From Thermoanaerobaculia bacterium (GTDB taxonomy: Bacteria > Acidobacteriota > Thermoanaerobaculia > Multivoradales > UBA5704): a stretch of 64,000 nt of DNA. Numbering within the stretch: position 1 is the stretch's first letter; each line of letters begins with the position of its first letter. This document shows positions 8,969 to 19,393 of the stretch, in pieces. The notes under the pieces are model-generated. The model was not told where the DNA came from, did no database searches, and was given only the letters and a program-made list of their open reading frames with translations. The position numbers and the translations under genes are program-made. The stretch lies in assembly GCA_044226625.1 (NCBI GenBank), contig JBGAGQ010000021.1, positions 24,460-88,459 on the forward strand. The letters run 5' to 3'.

Positions 8969-9520
8969 CTAGCCGGCCGGCTTCAGCAGGGCGTACAAGA
9001 AATTGTCGACTCGGGTCCCGTGAAGGCGAAAGTAGGAGCGGAGGATTCCCTCCTTCTCGAACCCGATACTTTCGAGCACCTTTTGGGAGGCGACGTTGTC
9101 CAGCGCGCAGCGCGCTTCCAGGCGCTCCAGCTGAGTTTTGGAGAACAGCTCACCCACCAGCAGACGGATCGCCCGCTTCATGATGCCTCGCCGCTGGTAA
9201 GGAGTCGACAACGCGTACCCCACCTCCGCCAGGCCGTGCTCCCAATTGTTGATGACGAGGGTAATCCATCCGGCCGGCTGCTGGCCAAGCTGGATCACCC
9301 ACTGGTATTTGTCGCCTCTCGCCCGGTAGAGATCCGACATCCTCTGGTGTACGAGATCCGACCGGAGCTGGGAGCTGGGCAGATCGTTGAGCGGCTGGAA
9401 ACGGCGGACCGCGGGCTCCGACCGCCAGAAGCGAAGGAGATCGGCGTCGCGCGGCGTCGCCGGGCGGAGCGTCACCTCGTCCGCAGCGGGCTCGGGTTCG
9501 CTCTTCTCCAAAGGTTGCAT
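8969..9520 (-). CDS. GNAT family N-acetyltransferase (RimJ/RimL type)
   Basis: AEVGYAL...QRRGIM, N.ASQKVLESIGFEKEG motifs; ATG 9520. Confidence 0.88.
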   Translation of the reverse strand: MQPLEKSEPEPAADEVTLRPATPRDADLLRFWRSEPAVRRFQPLNDLPSSQLRSDLVHQRMSDLYRARGDKYQWVIQLGQQPAGWITLVINNWEHGLAEVGYALSTPYQRRGIMKRAIRLLVGELFSKTQLERLEARCALDNVASQKVLESIGFEKEGILRSYFRLHGTRVDNFLYALLKPAG

Positions 9521-9534
9521 GGGGCGGTCTCGGG

Positions 9535-11064
9535 CTACGGCCTCGGTTCTTCCGCCGCGACGATCCGAGACTCGCGGCGTCCTCTCCACCGGGGCAAAGC
9601 CGACAGCAGGAACATATACGAGAAGCCCTGGAGGAAGAGGTAGAGGAACGGGATCGACATCCACATCCCGACGCGTAACGACCACACCGTGCAAGCGAAG
9701 AAATAAAGAGCGAACGCCCCTTCGAGCAGACCCGCCCCGCGCGACCCGCCCGCGCGATAGATCTTCTGGCGCCAGGGGTCTCCGACCCGCTCGATCCTGT
9801 ATTTCGGCGTGCGGTGGAAGGTGCCGCCGCGCCGAAACAAGCCGGAGAGCACGGCTCGGGCGTTGTTCAGCGAAAGTCCGATGCCCATGCCGAGAAGTGC
9901 GGGGAGGTAGCGCGCCTCGCGCCGCCAAGACGCGGGCCGGCTCCCCTCGGGATCGGCCGGTCGGACCCGCTGGCTGAGCAGATAGAAGACGACGACCGAC
10001 AGAGTGGCGAACAGGAACAGGGGCAGATCGACCCACAGGAGGAGCGCCAGGGGCGCGCCTCGGCGAAGGATCATCGCCGGGAAAATCAGCAGGGCGACCA
10101 GAACCATCAGCGCGTAGCTCGCGTTGTTGGTCAGGTGGACGAACGCCTCGAGCTTGGCGCGCATCGGCAGGGGTGCGCGCAGCACGGAGACGAGCAGTTT
10201 GCGGCCGGTTTGGATCGACCCTTTCGCCCACCGGTACTGTTGACTCTTGAACCCCTGGATATCGACCGGCAGCTCGGCGGGGACGTCGACTTCCGGAAGA
10301 TAGAGGAACCGCCAACCGGCGAGCTGGGCGCGGTACGAGAGATCCAGGTCTTCGGTCAGCGTGTCGTGCTGCCATCCGCCACCGTCGCGGATCGCTTCGC
10401 GCCGCCAGACGCCGGCCGTGCCGTTGAAGTTGAAGAAGCAACCTGTTCGGTTGCGCGCCGTGTGCTCGATCTGGAAATGGCCGTCGAGCAGGATCGCCTC
10501 GACCCGGGTGAGAAGCGAGAAGCTCCGGTTGATGTGGCTCCAACTCCCCTGGACCATGCCGATCTTCGGATCGGCGAAATACGGCACCGTCGCGAGCAGG
10601 AAATCGGAGCGAGGGACGAAATCCGCGTCGAAGATCGCAAGCAGCTCACCGCGGGCCACCTGGAGTCCCGAGGCGAGCGCTCCGGCCTTGAAACCCGACC
10701 GCTCGGTGCGATGGAGATGCTGGATCTCGAAGCCGCTCCCGCGGAGCTCTTCGACCTTTCGCGCGACGATCTCCGTCGTCTCATCGTTCGAATCGTCGAG
10801 CACTTGGATCTCCAGCCGGTCCCGCGGATAGTCGAGCGCGGCCACCGCGTCGATCAACCGGGAGGCGACATACATCTCGTTGTACAGTGGCAGCTGGACC
10901 GTTACCCAAGGCCATTCCGCGGGCGCCACGGGCCGGACGGCCGCGCGCTTGCGCGTGCGCAGGAAATCGATCACCAGGATCAAACGGTGAATGCCGTAGA
11001 GCGCCAAGATCCCGAGGATCAGGTAGTACGACCCGAGGAGGAGATGTGCCAGCGGTTGCCGCAT
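9535..11064 (-). CDS. Processive GT2 glycosyltransferase (cellulose synthase-like/CslA-type)
   Basis: VQLPLYNE, DDS, GFKAGAL, FDADF, TEDLDLS, QQYRW (D,D,D,QxxRW) plus TM helices. Confidence 0.92.
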   Translation of the reverse strand: MRQPLAHLLLGSYYLILGILALYGIHRLILVIDFLRTRKRAAVRPVAPAEWPWVTVQLPLYNEMYVASRLIDAVAALDYPRDRLEIQVLDDSNDETTEIVARKVEELRGSGFEIQHLHRTERSGFKAGALASGLQVARGELLAIFDADFVPRSDFLLATVPYFADPKIGMVQGSWSHINRSFSLLTRVEAILLDGHFQIEHTARNRTGCFFNFNGTAGVWRREAIRDGGGWQHDTLTEDLDLSYRAQLAGWRFLYLPEVDVPAELPVDIQGFKSQQYRWAKGSIQTGRKLLVSVLRAPLPMRAKLEAFVHLTNNASYALMVLVALLIFPAMILRRGAPLALLLWVDLPLFLFATLSVVVFYLLSQRVRPADPEGSRPASWRREARYLPALLGMGIGLSLNNARAVLSGLFRRGGTFHRTPKYRIERVGDPWRQKIYRAGGSRGAGLLEGAFALYFFACTVWSLRVGMWMSIPFLYLFLQGFSYMFLLSALPRWRGRRESRIVAAEEPRP

Positions 11065-12446
11065 CGTCAGGGGATTCCGATCTTAACCGTCCGAGCGAGC
11101 CGGCGAACCGTCGAGCTCCGGTCTGGCCCGCAGCACTGCCTCCGATCGCGACGAGCCTCGCTCTGCTCATCCTGTACGATCTCCCGCGGCATCCGGCTTT
11201 CACCCTGGTCGCGCTCGGGCTCGGGTCCATCGGCCTGGTTTTCTCGATCCGCCGGCTGAAGGCCACCCGAACCGCCTCCCTCTCCGGAACGATTCTGGGG
11301 GTCGCCGTCATCTCGCGGCTCCTCTTGATCGCCCTCCCCCCCTCGCTCTCCGACGACGCGTTTCGATACCTATGGGACGGACGCGTGGCCGCGGCCAGAT
11401 TCAACCCGTATCAGGAGGCACCTGATTCCCCCGGTCTCGTTCCGCTGCGCGACGAGCTCTGGCGCCGGCTGCCGCATCGGACCGTTCCGACGGTCTACCC
11501 ACCGCTCGGTCTGACCGCCTTCGGCTTGGCGGCGCGATCGCCGTTCCCGCTGTCGACGTGGAAGCTCATCGCCGCGGCGGCGGACCTCGCCGCCTGCGCT
11601 CTGCTGCTCGCGCTCGCCCGCCAAACCGGGGCGGACGAGGCGCGCGTCGCCTGGTATGCCTGGAATCCGCTCGTCCTGCTCGAAACCGCGGGGATGGGAC
11701 ATGTCGACCCGCTCGGCGTCGCCGCAACGATCGCCGCAGTCCTCATGATCAGTCGAGGCCCACGACGAGCGGCGGCTGCCGGGGTGGCTGCCGCCGCGGG
11801 CGTTCTGGCGAAGCTCGCTCCGCTCGCGGCCCTTCCCCTCTGGGCACGCAGGAGCGGCCGGCCCCGGCTTTTTCTTCTCGCCGCGCTCGGGCTTTCGGGC
11901 CTGGCGTTCTTCCCCGTGGTAAGGGCGACCGGCGGCTTCCCGCCCGGCCTCGCGATCTACGGCCTCTCCTGGGAATGGAACGGGCCACTCTACGAGCCGC
12001 TATGGCGCTCGCTCGAAGCAATCGGAATCGGGCCGGCCGTGCACGGGGCTCTGGACAGGATCAAGAGTTGGACCGAGTGGTGGACGTTTTGGAATCGCTT
12101 CTACCCTTACGCCTACCCGCGGTTCCTGGCGAAGCTCGTGCTCGCCGGGCTGGCACTCGGGGCGATCGCCGCGTCGCTGCGTGAGACCGATGCGGTCCGG
12201 GGAACGGGCCGCCTGTTCGGCCGGCTGGCGCTCGCCTCGGCGACGTTCTATCCCTGGTATCTCCTTTGGGTCCTGCCGTGGGCGGCCCTCCGCGAGGAAC
12301 GGTCTTGGTTGCTACTCGCGGCGCTCCTTCCTCTCTCCTACGTCCCCGGGTTGTTCGGAGTACCGCTCTGGCCCTGGGTCTACCTCGCGATCTGGGGTCC
12401 TTTCGCCCTCTCGGCCCTGCTCGAACGACCATGGTCGCGCTTCTGA
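11046..12446 (+). CDS. GT-C-like multi-pass membrane glycosyltransferase (GT87/DUF2029-like)
   Basis: SDDAFRYLWDG, NPY, TVYPP, YAWNPL, GHVD and YPWY motifs with many TM segments. Start uncertain. Confidence 0.75.
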   Translation: MPAVAASSGDSDLNRPSEPANRRAPVWPAALPPIATSLALLILYDLPRHPAFTLVALGLGSIGLVFSIRRLKATRTASLSGTILGVAVISRLLLIALPPSLSDDAFRYLWDGRVAAARFNPYQEAPDSPGLVPLRDELWRRLPHRTVPTVYPPLGLTAFGLAARSPFPLSTWKLIAAAADLAACALLLALARQTGADEARVAWYAWNPLVLLETAGMGHVDPLGVAATIAAVLMISRGPRRAAAAGVAAAAGVLAKLAPLAALPLWARRSGRPRLFLLAALGLSGLAFFPVVRATGGFPPGLAIYGLSWEWNGPLYEPLWRSLEAIGIGPAVHGALDRIKSWTEWWTFWNRFYPYAYPRFLAKLVLAGLALGAIAASLRETDAVRGTGRLFGRLALASATFYPWYLLWVLPWAALREERSWLLLAALLPLSYVPGLFGVPLWPWVYLAIWGPFALSALLERPWSRF

Positions 12447-13204
12447 CTCTCTCCTATCGTGGCGCGGCGTACGCCGGCTGGCAGCGGCAGGACAACGCGC
12501 TCGCCGTCCAGCAGGTGGTAGAAGAAGCCCTAGGGCGCCTGCTCCAGCTCTCCCCCGACCAGACCGTTCGGATCGTCGGCGCGAGCAGAACCGACGCTGG
12601 GGTCCACGCCCGCGGGCAGCGCGCCCACCTCGATCTCGCGGCGCTCGGGCGGCCGGATTTCCCGCTCCGCGGTCTGGTCCACGGCACGAACCACAATCTG
12701 CCGGAGGACGTGCGCGTGCTCTCGGCGCGCGAGGTTCCCGACGGGTTCCATGCGCGGAAGTCGGCCGTTTCCAAGCAGTACAGCTATCGTCTGAGCCGGG
12801 CACCCATTCTTTCGCCGCTCGACGCGCCGTTCGCGCTGAAGATCTCTCCGGGAGTCGATCTCGATCGGATGAACCGGGCGGCTGCTGCGCTCCTAGGACG
12901 GCACGACTTCACCGCCTTCACCCTGGCCGGGGCCGCGCCCGGAGATCGCCACCGCGAAATCTACGCCGCCCGCTGGGAGGAGGCCGGGGAGGAGCTGATC
13001 TTCCGCGTCGAGGGGGAAGGGTTCCTTCGGGGCATGGTGCGAGGCCTCGTTGGCACGATGATCGAGGTCGGCCTCGGCGACCGGACCGTCGAGAACTTCG
13101 AGCGCCTGCTCACCGGAGCGCCGCGCGAAGAGGCGGGAATGACCGCTCCAGCCCACGCGCTGGTGCTCGAGTGGGTTCGCTACCCCGACCCCGCCCTCGG
13201 TTGA
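12431..13204 (+). CDS. truA: tRNA pseudouridine(38-40) synthase
   Basis: GWQRQ, ASRTDAGVHARGQ, FHAR, HDFTAF, FLRGMVR and TAPAHAL motifs. Confidence 0.95.
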   Translation: MVALLTLSYRGAAYAGWQRQDNALAVQQVVEEALGRLLQLSPDQTVRIVGASRTDAGVHARGQRAHLDLAALGRPDFPLRGLVHGTNHNLPEDVRVLSAREVPDGFHARKSAVSKQYSYRLSRAPILSPLDAPFALKISPGVDLDRMNRAAAALLGRHDFTAFTLAGAAPGDRHREIYAARWEEAGEELIFRVEGEGFLRGMVRGLVGTMIEVGLGDRTVENFERLLTGAPREEAGMTAPAHALVLEWVRYPDPALG

Positions 13205-13209
13205 AGGGA

Positions 13210-13680
13210 TTAGGGATCGACGGTCAGGGAGAGCTCGCGGCGGAACGTCTCTTTCCCCTCGGGGCCGATGCGCACCACCACCCGCGCGGCACCCGCCGGC
13301 CAGTCGGCGCTCGGCGCGGTAAAGGAAACGTGGGTTTCGCCGCCGATCACGGTCGTCCACTGCTCCGCGGCGACTCCGCCCGGCCCGGTCCAGCTTGCCG
13401 TGACGGTGGTGCCTGGAAGGAGATCCCCCGATTCGACGGCGAGCAGGATCGGGGTGCCCCGGCGAAACGTCGTCGCCTGATCGGACGTCTGGATCGAGCC
13501 ATCGGGAGAGAACAGCTTTCCGGCCGAAACCTCCCGCGCCGGCTCGGGATCGAGGAAGGAATCGGCGTCGGGCGCCGCGGGGCGAGATTTGGGTGCTTCG
13601 GCGTGTGGCTCGGTGGCCGCTTTCGGCCCGCATCCGAGGAACGCAAACAGGGCGAGAAGGGGGAGAACCCGCGTCGACAC
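13210..13680 (-). CDS. Hypothetical lipoprotein
   Basis: Lipobox FLG-C after a hydrophobic stretch; beta-rich Ig-like C-terminus; co-oriented downstream of cysQ. Confidence 0.65.
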   Translation of the reverse strand: MSTRVLPLLALFAFLGCGPKAATEPHAEAPKSRPAAPDADSFLDPEPAREVSAGKLFSPDGSIQTSDQATTFRRGTPILLAVESGDLLPGTTVTASWTGPGGVAAEQWTTVIGGETHVSFTAPSADWPAGAARVVVRIGPEGKETFRRELSLTVDP

Positions 13681-13709
13681 GTGCGGATTCTCCCACGACT
13701 TTCTCGAAC

Positions 13710-14501
13710 CTATCCCTGGTCCGTCCGCCGAGCGATCTCCGCCTGAATCTGCGGCATTAGAACAGGGCTCGCGGCGAGCAGACGGGTGAGCTTCGGCCGG
13801 GGACGGTTAAAACGCTCTTCGTCAGGAGAACCGCCGACGATTGTCCCGCCGGCCGAGAGCACCAGAGCGACGCCCGCCGCCACGTCCCACTCGTGCTTGG
13901 GCACGAGGGTCCAGGTCGCGTCGGCAAGCCCGGCCGCGACCAGCCCGAGCTTGTAGGCGACGGAGCCCAGGGGGCGGACTTCGATCGGCGATTCGCGGAA
14001 CGCCTCCCATTGACCGCGGCCGACCTCGCTCCGGCTGGCGAGCACGACCGCTCCGGCCAGCTCGGTCCGCTGCGAGATCGCCGCCGGACGGCCGTTCAGC
14101 GTCACGCCATGGCCGAGGGCGCCGAGAATCAGCTCACCCGTCGCTGGGTTCAAGATCCCCCCAGCGACGGGCCGCCCCTCCTCGACCAGTCCGACGGAAA
14201 CCGACCACTCCGGAAGGCCCATGACGAACTCCTTCGTCCCGTCGAGCGGATCGACTACCCAGACTCGACGCGCCGAAAGCCGAGCGGGATCATCGAGCGT
14301 CTCTTCGGAAAGCCACCCTTCTCCATCCCTTGGGAGCATCTCCTTGAGCAAGCTGTCGACCGCGGTGTCAGCTTCGGTAACCGGGTCTCCGCCGGATTTG
14401 CGCCGTGCGTCGACGTCTCCCGGCGTGAATCGAGCCAGGAGTTCGCGCGCACCGGCCAACGCGGCTTCGATGCGCGCGAGCTCCGATTCGTAACCGGGCA
14501 T
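13710..14501 (-). CDS. cysQ: 3'(2'),5'-bisphosphate nucleotidase CysQ / inositol monophosphatase family
   Basis: PVTEAD, LSEE, WVVDPLDGTKEF, EWDVAAG; coupled to sat-cysC. Confidence 0.85.
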   Translation of the reverse strand: MPGYESELARIEAALAGARELLARFTPGDVDARRKSGGDPVTEADTAVDSLLKEMLPRDGEGWLSEETLDDPARLSARRVWVVDPLDGTKEFVMGLPEWSVSVGLVEEGRPVAGGILNPATGELILGALGHGVTLNGRPAAISQRTELAGAVVLASRSEVGRGQWEAFRESPIEVRPLGSVAYKLGLVAAGLADATWTLVPKHEWDVAAGVALVLSAGGTIVGGSPDEERFNRPRPKLTRLLAASPVLMPQIQAEIARRTDQG

Positions 14502-16273
14502 CAGCGCTCCCCGCGGGCGCCGATGTAGCCCTCCTTCTCGAGGTAGAGCAGGATTTCCTGCGCCGCCTCGTCGGGGGAGATCCCCTGCGTGTCGATCGCG
14601 AGCTCGGCATCCGTCGGAGCTTCGTACGGGTCGGAAATCCCGGTGAACTCTTTGACGATCCCGGCCCGGGCCTTTGCGTAGAGACCCTTGCGGTCCCGGC
14701 TCTCGCAGACCTCGAGCGAGGTCGCGACGTGGACCAGCGCGAAGCCTCCCATCGGCGCGATCATCGCCCGCACCTCTTTGCGCACCGCGTCGTACGGAGC
14801 GATCGGCGCGCAGATCGCGATACCCCCGTTCTTGGTGATCTCGGAGGCCACGTAACCGATGCGCCGGATGTTGATGTCGCGGTGTTCTTTGGAGAAGTTG
14901 AGCTCGGACGAGAGGTGCTTCCGCACCACGTCGCCGTCGAGGAGGGTGACCGGCCGCCCTCCCATCTCGAGGAGCTTGACCAGCAGCGCGTTGGCGATCG
15001 TCGACTTACCGGAGCCCGAGAGGCCGCTCATGAAGATCGTGAAGCCTTGCGCCTTCCGCGGCGGATGGGTGCGGCGCAGCTCGGCCGCCACCTCCGGGAA
15101 AGTGAACCAGGCGGGGATTTCCAAACCCTCGGTCAAACGGCGGCGAAGCTCCGTGCCCGAAAGGTCGAGAGCCCGCGAGCCCTCGGGAATCTGATCGTCG
15201 GGGAAATAGCTGTCGCGATCCTCGACGTAAACCAGGGCCTGGAAGGGCACCATCTCGACCCCCAGCTCCTGGGCGTGCGCCTTGAGGAGATCCTGGGCGT
15301 CGTAAGGACCGTAGAACGGCTTACCGGTCGAGTCCTTGCCCGGACCGGCGTGGTCGCGTCCCACGATGAAGTGGGTGCAACCATGGTTCTTGCGCACGAT
15401 CGCGTGGAGCAGCGCCTCGCGCGGACCCGCCATCCGCATCGCCAGGTTGAGCAGGGCGAGCATCGCGGTCTGCTGGGGATAGCGGTCGAAGATCGCCTGA
15501 TAACAACGCACCCGCGTGTAGTGGTCGAGGTCGCCCGGCTTCGTCATGCCGACCACCGGGTGGACGAGCAAGTTCGCCTGCGCGTCGCGTGCGGCGCGAA
15601 GGGTGAGCTCGAAATGGGCGCGGTGCATGGGATTCCGGGTCTGGAACGCCACCACCCGACGCCAACCGCGGCGAGCGAAGGAGGCGCGCACCTCGGCGGG
15701 GGACAGGCGCATCGTCCGGTAGTCGTAGTGGGTCGGTAGCTGGAGCGCCTCGATCCGGCCGCCGACGAAGACCGGGTTCGAGCGATGGATCAGCTGCGCC
15801 GCGCCCGGGTGGAGCTTGTCGGTCGTGCCGAACGCCTGGGCCGCCAGCTTCTCGCGATCCGGCCGCCAGATGTCCTCGACGTGGAGGGCGGCAAGCATCA
15901 CCCCTTCAGGATCGCGGAGCGCGAGCATCCCGCCGACCGTGAGCTTCTCGGCGAGCGCCTCCGGCACGTCCAGGTTGATCGGCAAGGGGAAGATCAAACC
16001 CGCGCCGGGGCCGGTCGCGAGGCGCATGCTCTCGCCCACCGATTCGGTGTCCGCCCGATTCATGAAGCCGGTAAGGGGCGAGAACGAACCGTTCGCGAGC
16101 AGCTCGAGATCACAAATCTGCCGGGCATCGAGATCGAGCGACGGCCAATCGCGCGACGCCTCTTTCAGCTCAGAGGCGCGTTCGGGAGAGACGACGAGGT
16201 CGACCAGCGTGCCGCCGTGCGGCGGAATCAAATGGTCGGTGGCTCCAGACGACGTGGAAGGAGAAGAACTCAT
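14501..16273 (-). CDS. sat: Bifunctional sulfate adenylyltransferase / adenylylsulfate kinase
   Basis: PHGG, AFQTRNPMHRAH, GPREA, HFIVGRDHAG, followed by an APS kinase P-loop GLSGSGKST, LDGD and RDRKGLY. ATG 16273. Confidence 0.95.
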   Translation of the reverse strand: MSSSPSTSSGATDHLIPPHGGTLVDLVVSPERASELKEASRDWPSLDLDARQICDLELLANGSFSPLTGFMNRADTESVGESMRLATGPGAGLIFPLPINLDVPEALAEKLTVGGMLALRDPEGVMLAALHVEDIWRPDREKLAAQAFGTTDKLHPGAAQLIHRSNPVFVGGRIEALQLPTHYDYRTMRLSPAEVRASFARRGWRRVVAFQTRNPMHRAHFELTLRAARDAQANLLVHPVVGMTKPGDLDHYTRVRCYQAIFDRYPQQTAMLALLNLAMRMAGPREALLHAIVRKNHGCTHFIVGRDHAGPGKDSTGKPFYGPYDAQDLLKAHAQELGVEMVPFQALVYVEDRDSYFPDDQIPEGSRALDLSGTELRRRLTEGLEIPAWFTFPEVAAELRRTHPPRKAQGFTIFMSGLSGSGKSTIANALLVKLLEMGGRPVTLLDGDVVRKHLSSELNFSKEHRDINIRRIGYVASEITKNGGIAICAPIAPYDAVRKEVRAMIAPMGGFALVHVATSLEVCESRDRKGLYAKARAGIVKEFTGISDPYEAPTDAELAIDTQGISPDEAAQEILLYLEKEGYIGARGER

Positions 16274-16500
16274 GACCGAAGGAAACCTCGCTCTGGGAAG
16301 GGAGACGGTAATCGAAACGGTCCGGAGGACGGACCGGTTGGGAGCTGGCGATCGGCGGTACCACGGGGTCTCAGCCGCCGTGTTGATTCCGCCACGTACC
16401 AGAGTGCAGGAAATGCCCCCAGCCGGGACCGAAAGGCCGGAAACGATCCGGCTCGATCGCAGCCGCGTCCCGAATCCGACGGTTTGAGTCTGCGTTGAGC

Positions 16501-17151
16501 CTAGGGGCTCGCCGGCGAGGGATTGGGATCCTCGTCGGTAACGATCGCGGTCGTGGTGAACAGCGGGCCGAACACCGCCCGCTTCTGCCAGAACGCGACG
16601 ACGCAGGTGCGGCAGAGATCGTCGGCATGCAAAACGCCCCGGGCGTCGATGCGGGAAACGATGCCGTCGCACAGGAAGCCGAGCACGGACCGGCGGTTCT
16701 GGGGCTGGGCGGTTTCGCCGATCACGAGGTTCTCGGCAAGGCCGAGTTCTTTCTCCGTGAGCGGCACCTTGCAATCCTGCTTGTCCTTTACCGCGACCTC
16801 GGCGATCTTGGAACGGGAGATCTCCTTGCCGTCAGGCATGACGACCGCGCCGTAGTACTCGACCCGCTCGTTCCGCCGCTCCGGCTTGGGCAACACCGTC
16901 CAATAGCGCCCTTCCCCCTTGGCCACCATGGGAACGTAGTAGTTGCCACCTCGATCCTTCCAGCGGAAATAGAGCCGGACCGCCGACCCGCCGAGCTCCT
17001 GGGAAACTCGGGCCGTGATCACTCCGTTGTCCTCCATCGGCAGGCAGGCGGTCGAATCGACGGTGATCATCGGCACCTGCGCTCGAGCCGCCGCGGCGAT
17101 GGCGAAGAGGGTCACGAAGGCGCGCGTCGTTTTCATCGGGTCGATTTTCAT
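16501..17151 (-). CDS. Hypothetical secreted protein
   Basis: Signal peptide (FVTLFAIAAAARA); Ig-like 'VRLYFR...YY' segment; several Cys. Confidence 0.65.
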   Translation of the reverse strand: MKIDPMKTTRAFVTLFAIAAAARAQVPMITVDSTACLPMEDNGVITARVSQELGGSAVRLYFRWKDRGGNYYVPMVAKGEGRYWTVLPKPERRNERVEYYGAVVMPDGKEISRSKIAEVAVKDKQDCKVPLTEKELGLAENLVIGETAQPQNRRSVLGFLCDGIVSRIDARGVLHADDLCRTCVVAFWQKRAVFGPLFTTTAIVTDEDPNPSPASP

Positions 17152-17231
17152 GGACCGGTCTCCAAACCTACAGATTCCTTGACGTTAGCTCCGAAACAAA
17201 AGCGGCGTCAAGCGGGACGTTGGGCGTCGGG

Positions 17232-18599
17232 TCAAGAGCCCTCTTCGCGCAGGATCTTTTTCGTGTATTCATCGACGAACGGCGAAGGCTGAAGGTTCGG
17301 CAGTGAGCGCTTGAGGATCGAAGCCGCTCCCGAGCGGTCGCCCGATTCGAACAGCGAGACGGCGAAGTAGAACAGCAGCTCCGGTCGATCGTCTCCCGGG
17401 TCTCCCGAGCGGCGGAAATAGCTCGCCGCCTCGGCCCAGCGCGAATTGCGATAGGCGGCCTCGGCCATCGTCAACTGCGCCTCCCGCCAGTCCGGATGGG
17501 CATCGGCGAGCTTCTTCGCCATGTCGCGAGCGCGCTTCAGGTCGCGGCTCGGCGCCTCGGGACCCAGGAGCTCGCGGACCTTCGGCAATGCCGCCCGTTC
17601 AGCGGCGGTCGGCTCGGGGGCGGAGGCAGGGGCGCCGGGCCGAGGGGACTTCGCGGGTACCGCCCCGGGCGCTGTGGCCGGAACCTTCGCCGTGGCCGGA
17701 GCATCGGCTCCTTCCGCCGGCATCTGGCGAACCAAGCGTGAGATCTCCTTGTCGTCGCGCAGGGCCTGAGGAAGGGACGCCACAAAGGAACGAGCGTCGC
17801 TCCAGCTCTTTCTCTCGACCAGACAGCCGAGGCGCGCGGCGGCAGGAGTAGCGAACTGGCTCGTCTCGGCGCAGCCCGCGAGGTCGACGAGCGCCTCCTG
17901 GCAAGAGCCGAGGCGCGCCTGGGCGAGACCGCGCAGACAGACGGCTCGCGGTTCGCCGGGCGCGAGACCCAGGGCGGCCTGAGCGGCGGTCAGGGCGACC
18001 GCCGGTCGTCCCTCCGCGACCTCCAAGCGCCCCAGCAGAATCCTCCAGGTGGGGTTCCTCGGCTCGGCGGCGATTCGCTTCTCGAGCTCCTCGCGCCGCG
18101 CCCGAGGGGGCATCGCCTCCACTTTCGCCGCATCTTTTTGGGCCAGTAACCGGGAGAAGACGGGCGACGCGGCCAGCACCTCCGCCGGGATGCGCGCCGC
18201 GGCCTGCTGCTCGAACGCACTCCGCACCGCGGTCGGTAAGTCCGCTTGCGAATAGCCCGAGAAGCCGCTTTCGACCTCGACCAGTCGGCGAAACGTCTCG
18301 CGGAAACCGTCGCCGTCGCCGCTCTGCGCCTGAGCCACCGCGAGCCGGGCGAGGCAGCCTCCGAGTGGCTTCGGCTCGTCGAGCAGACCGAAACAGGCGA
18401 GCTGCAACCACCGGGCCGCGGTCGCGTAGTCGGCGCGGTCGTAGGCCTGGACGCCGTCGGAGTAAAGGCTCAGGTAGAACGGATCGACCGCCGCCCGCCC
18501 GGCCCTAGGGGTACTGAGAAGCGAAATGGCGGCGATCGCCACGATCCCGGCGAACCTCTCAAAACGCACGGCGCGCGGCGCTTCGCCCCGGCGGCTCAT
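17232..18599 (-). CDS. Secreted TPR-containing protein of the polysaccharide export operon
   Basis: ATG 18599 overlaps the phosphatase stop; signal peptide and TPR-like helical repeats. Confidence 0.7.
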   Translation of the reverse strand: MSRRGEAPRAVRFERFAGIVAIAAISLLSTPRAGRAAVDPFYLSLYSDGVQAYDRADYATAARWLQLACFGLLDEPKPLGGCLARLAVAQAQSGDGDGFRETFRRLVEVESGFSGYSQADLPTAVRSAFEQQAAARIPAEVLAASPVFSRLLAQKDAAKVEAMPPRARREELEKRIAAEPRNPTWRILLGRLEVAEGRPAVALTAAQAALGLAPGEPRAVCLRGLAQARLGSCQEALVDLAGCAETSQFATPAAARLGCLVERKSWSDARSFVASLPQALRDDKEISRLVRQMPAEGADAPATAKVPATAPGAVPAKSPRPGAPASAPEPTAAERAALPKVRELLGPEAPSRDLKRARDMAKKLADAHPDWREAQLTMAEAAYRNSRWAEAASYFRRSGDPGDDRPELLFYFAVSLFESGDRSGAASILKRSLPNLQPSPFVDEYTKKILREEGS

Positions 18600-19375
18600 C
18601 GAACCTCGCGGCGCAAGGCGGGGGCCACCCGTCCGGCGGTCGTCAGCCCGTCGAGCGGTCGGTCGGCGACCACCGCCTTGGGGTTCAAGTCGAAGATTTG
18701 TTCCGCGATCTCGTCGCCGTAGCGCGCCTCGACCAAACGCCGCGCGCGGGAAAGCCCCGGAGGGCGCCGTGCGGTGCCGTGCGCATCGCTCGCGACGAAA
18801 TGGACAAGTCCGACATCCAACAAGCGATGGACGTCGGCCTGCGCGCGTCGTCCGAACTCGCCGGTCAGGCTCATCGCGGTCACCTGCACCGCGGCACCCA
18901 GGCCCACCAGGCGGGCGACCAGATCGGGCTCGTCGGCGAGCCACGGGATCAGCTCGGGGTGCGCAAGGATCGGCCGCCAACCGGAGACCGAGAGCTCGTG
19001 GATCAGCTCGTAGGTGTCGCGCGGCAAGGCGTCGACGTCGAGCTCGAGGAGCAGCCAACGAGACCGTGCAAGCGGTAGGACGCCGCATCCCTCGCCAGGG
19101 GCGGCCATGAACTCGTCGAGGAACCGGCGGTCGACGTGGATCTCCCCCCCGGGAAAGAGCGCGATCTCGCGGCCAACCTCGCGCTCGATCCTCTCGCGCA
19201 GGGTGTCGAGCAACTCGAGGTCGTCGTTCCACCAGCTGCCGCGGCGTTGATGAGGAGTCGCCACCAATCCCGTGCAGCCGTCGATCACGGCCTGCCGGCA
19301 CATGGCGACCGCCTCGGCGAAATTCTCCGCCCCGTCGTCGATGCCGGGCAGAAAGTGGGTGTGCAGGTCGATCAT
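18596..19375 (-). CDS. CpsB/CapC-family PHP tyrosine phosphatase
   Basis: MIDLHTHFLPGIDDG, ATPH, AHPE and ASDAH metal ligands; adjacent to wzc. Confidence 0.92.
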   Translation of the reverse strand: MIDLHTHFLPGIDDGAENFAEAVAMCRQAVIDGCTGLVATPHQRRGSWWNDDLELLDTLRERIEREVGREIALFPGGEIHVDRRFLDEFMAAPGEGCGVLPLARSRWLLLELDVDALPRDTYELIHELSVSGWRPILAHPELIPWLADEPDLVARLVGLGAAVQVTAMSLTGEFGRRAQADVHRLLDVGLVHFVASDAHGTARRPPGLSRARRLVEARYGDEIAEQIFDLNPKAVVADRPLDGLTTAGRVAPALRREVR

Positions 19376-19393
19376 AGAGCGAAGAGCGAGGCG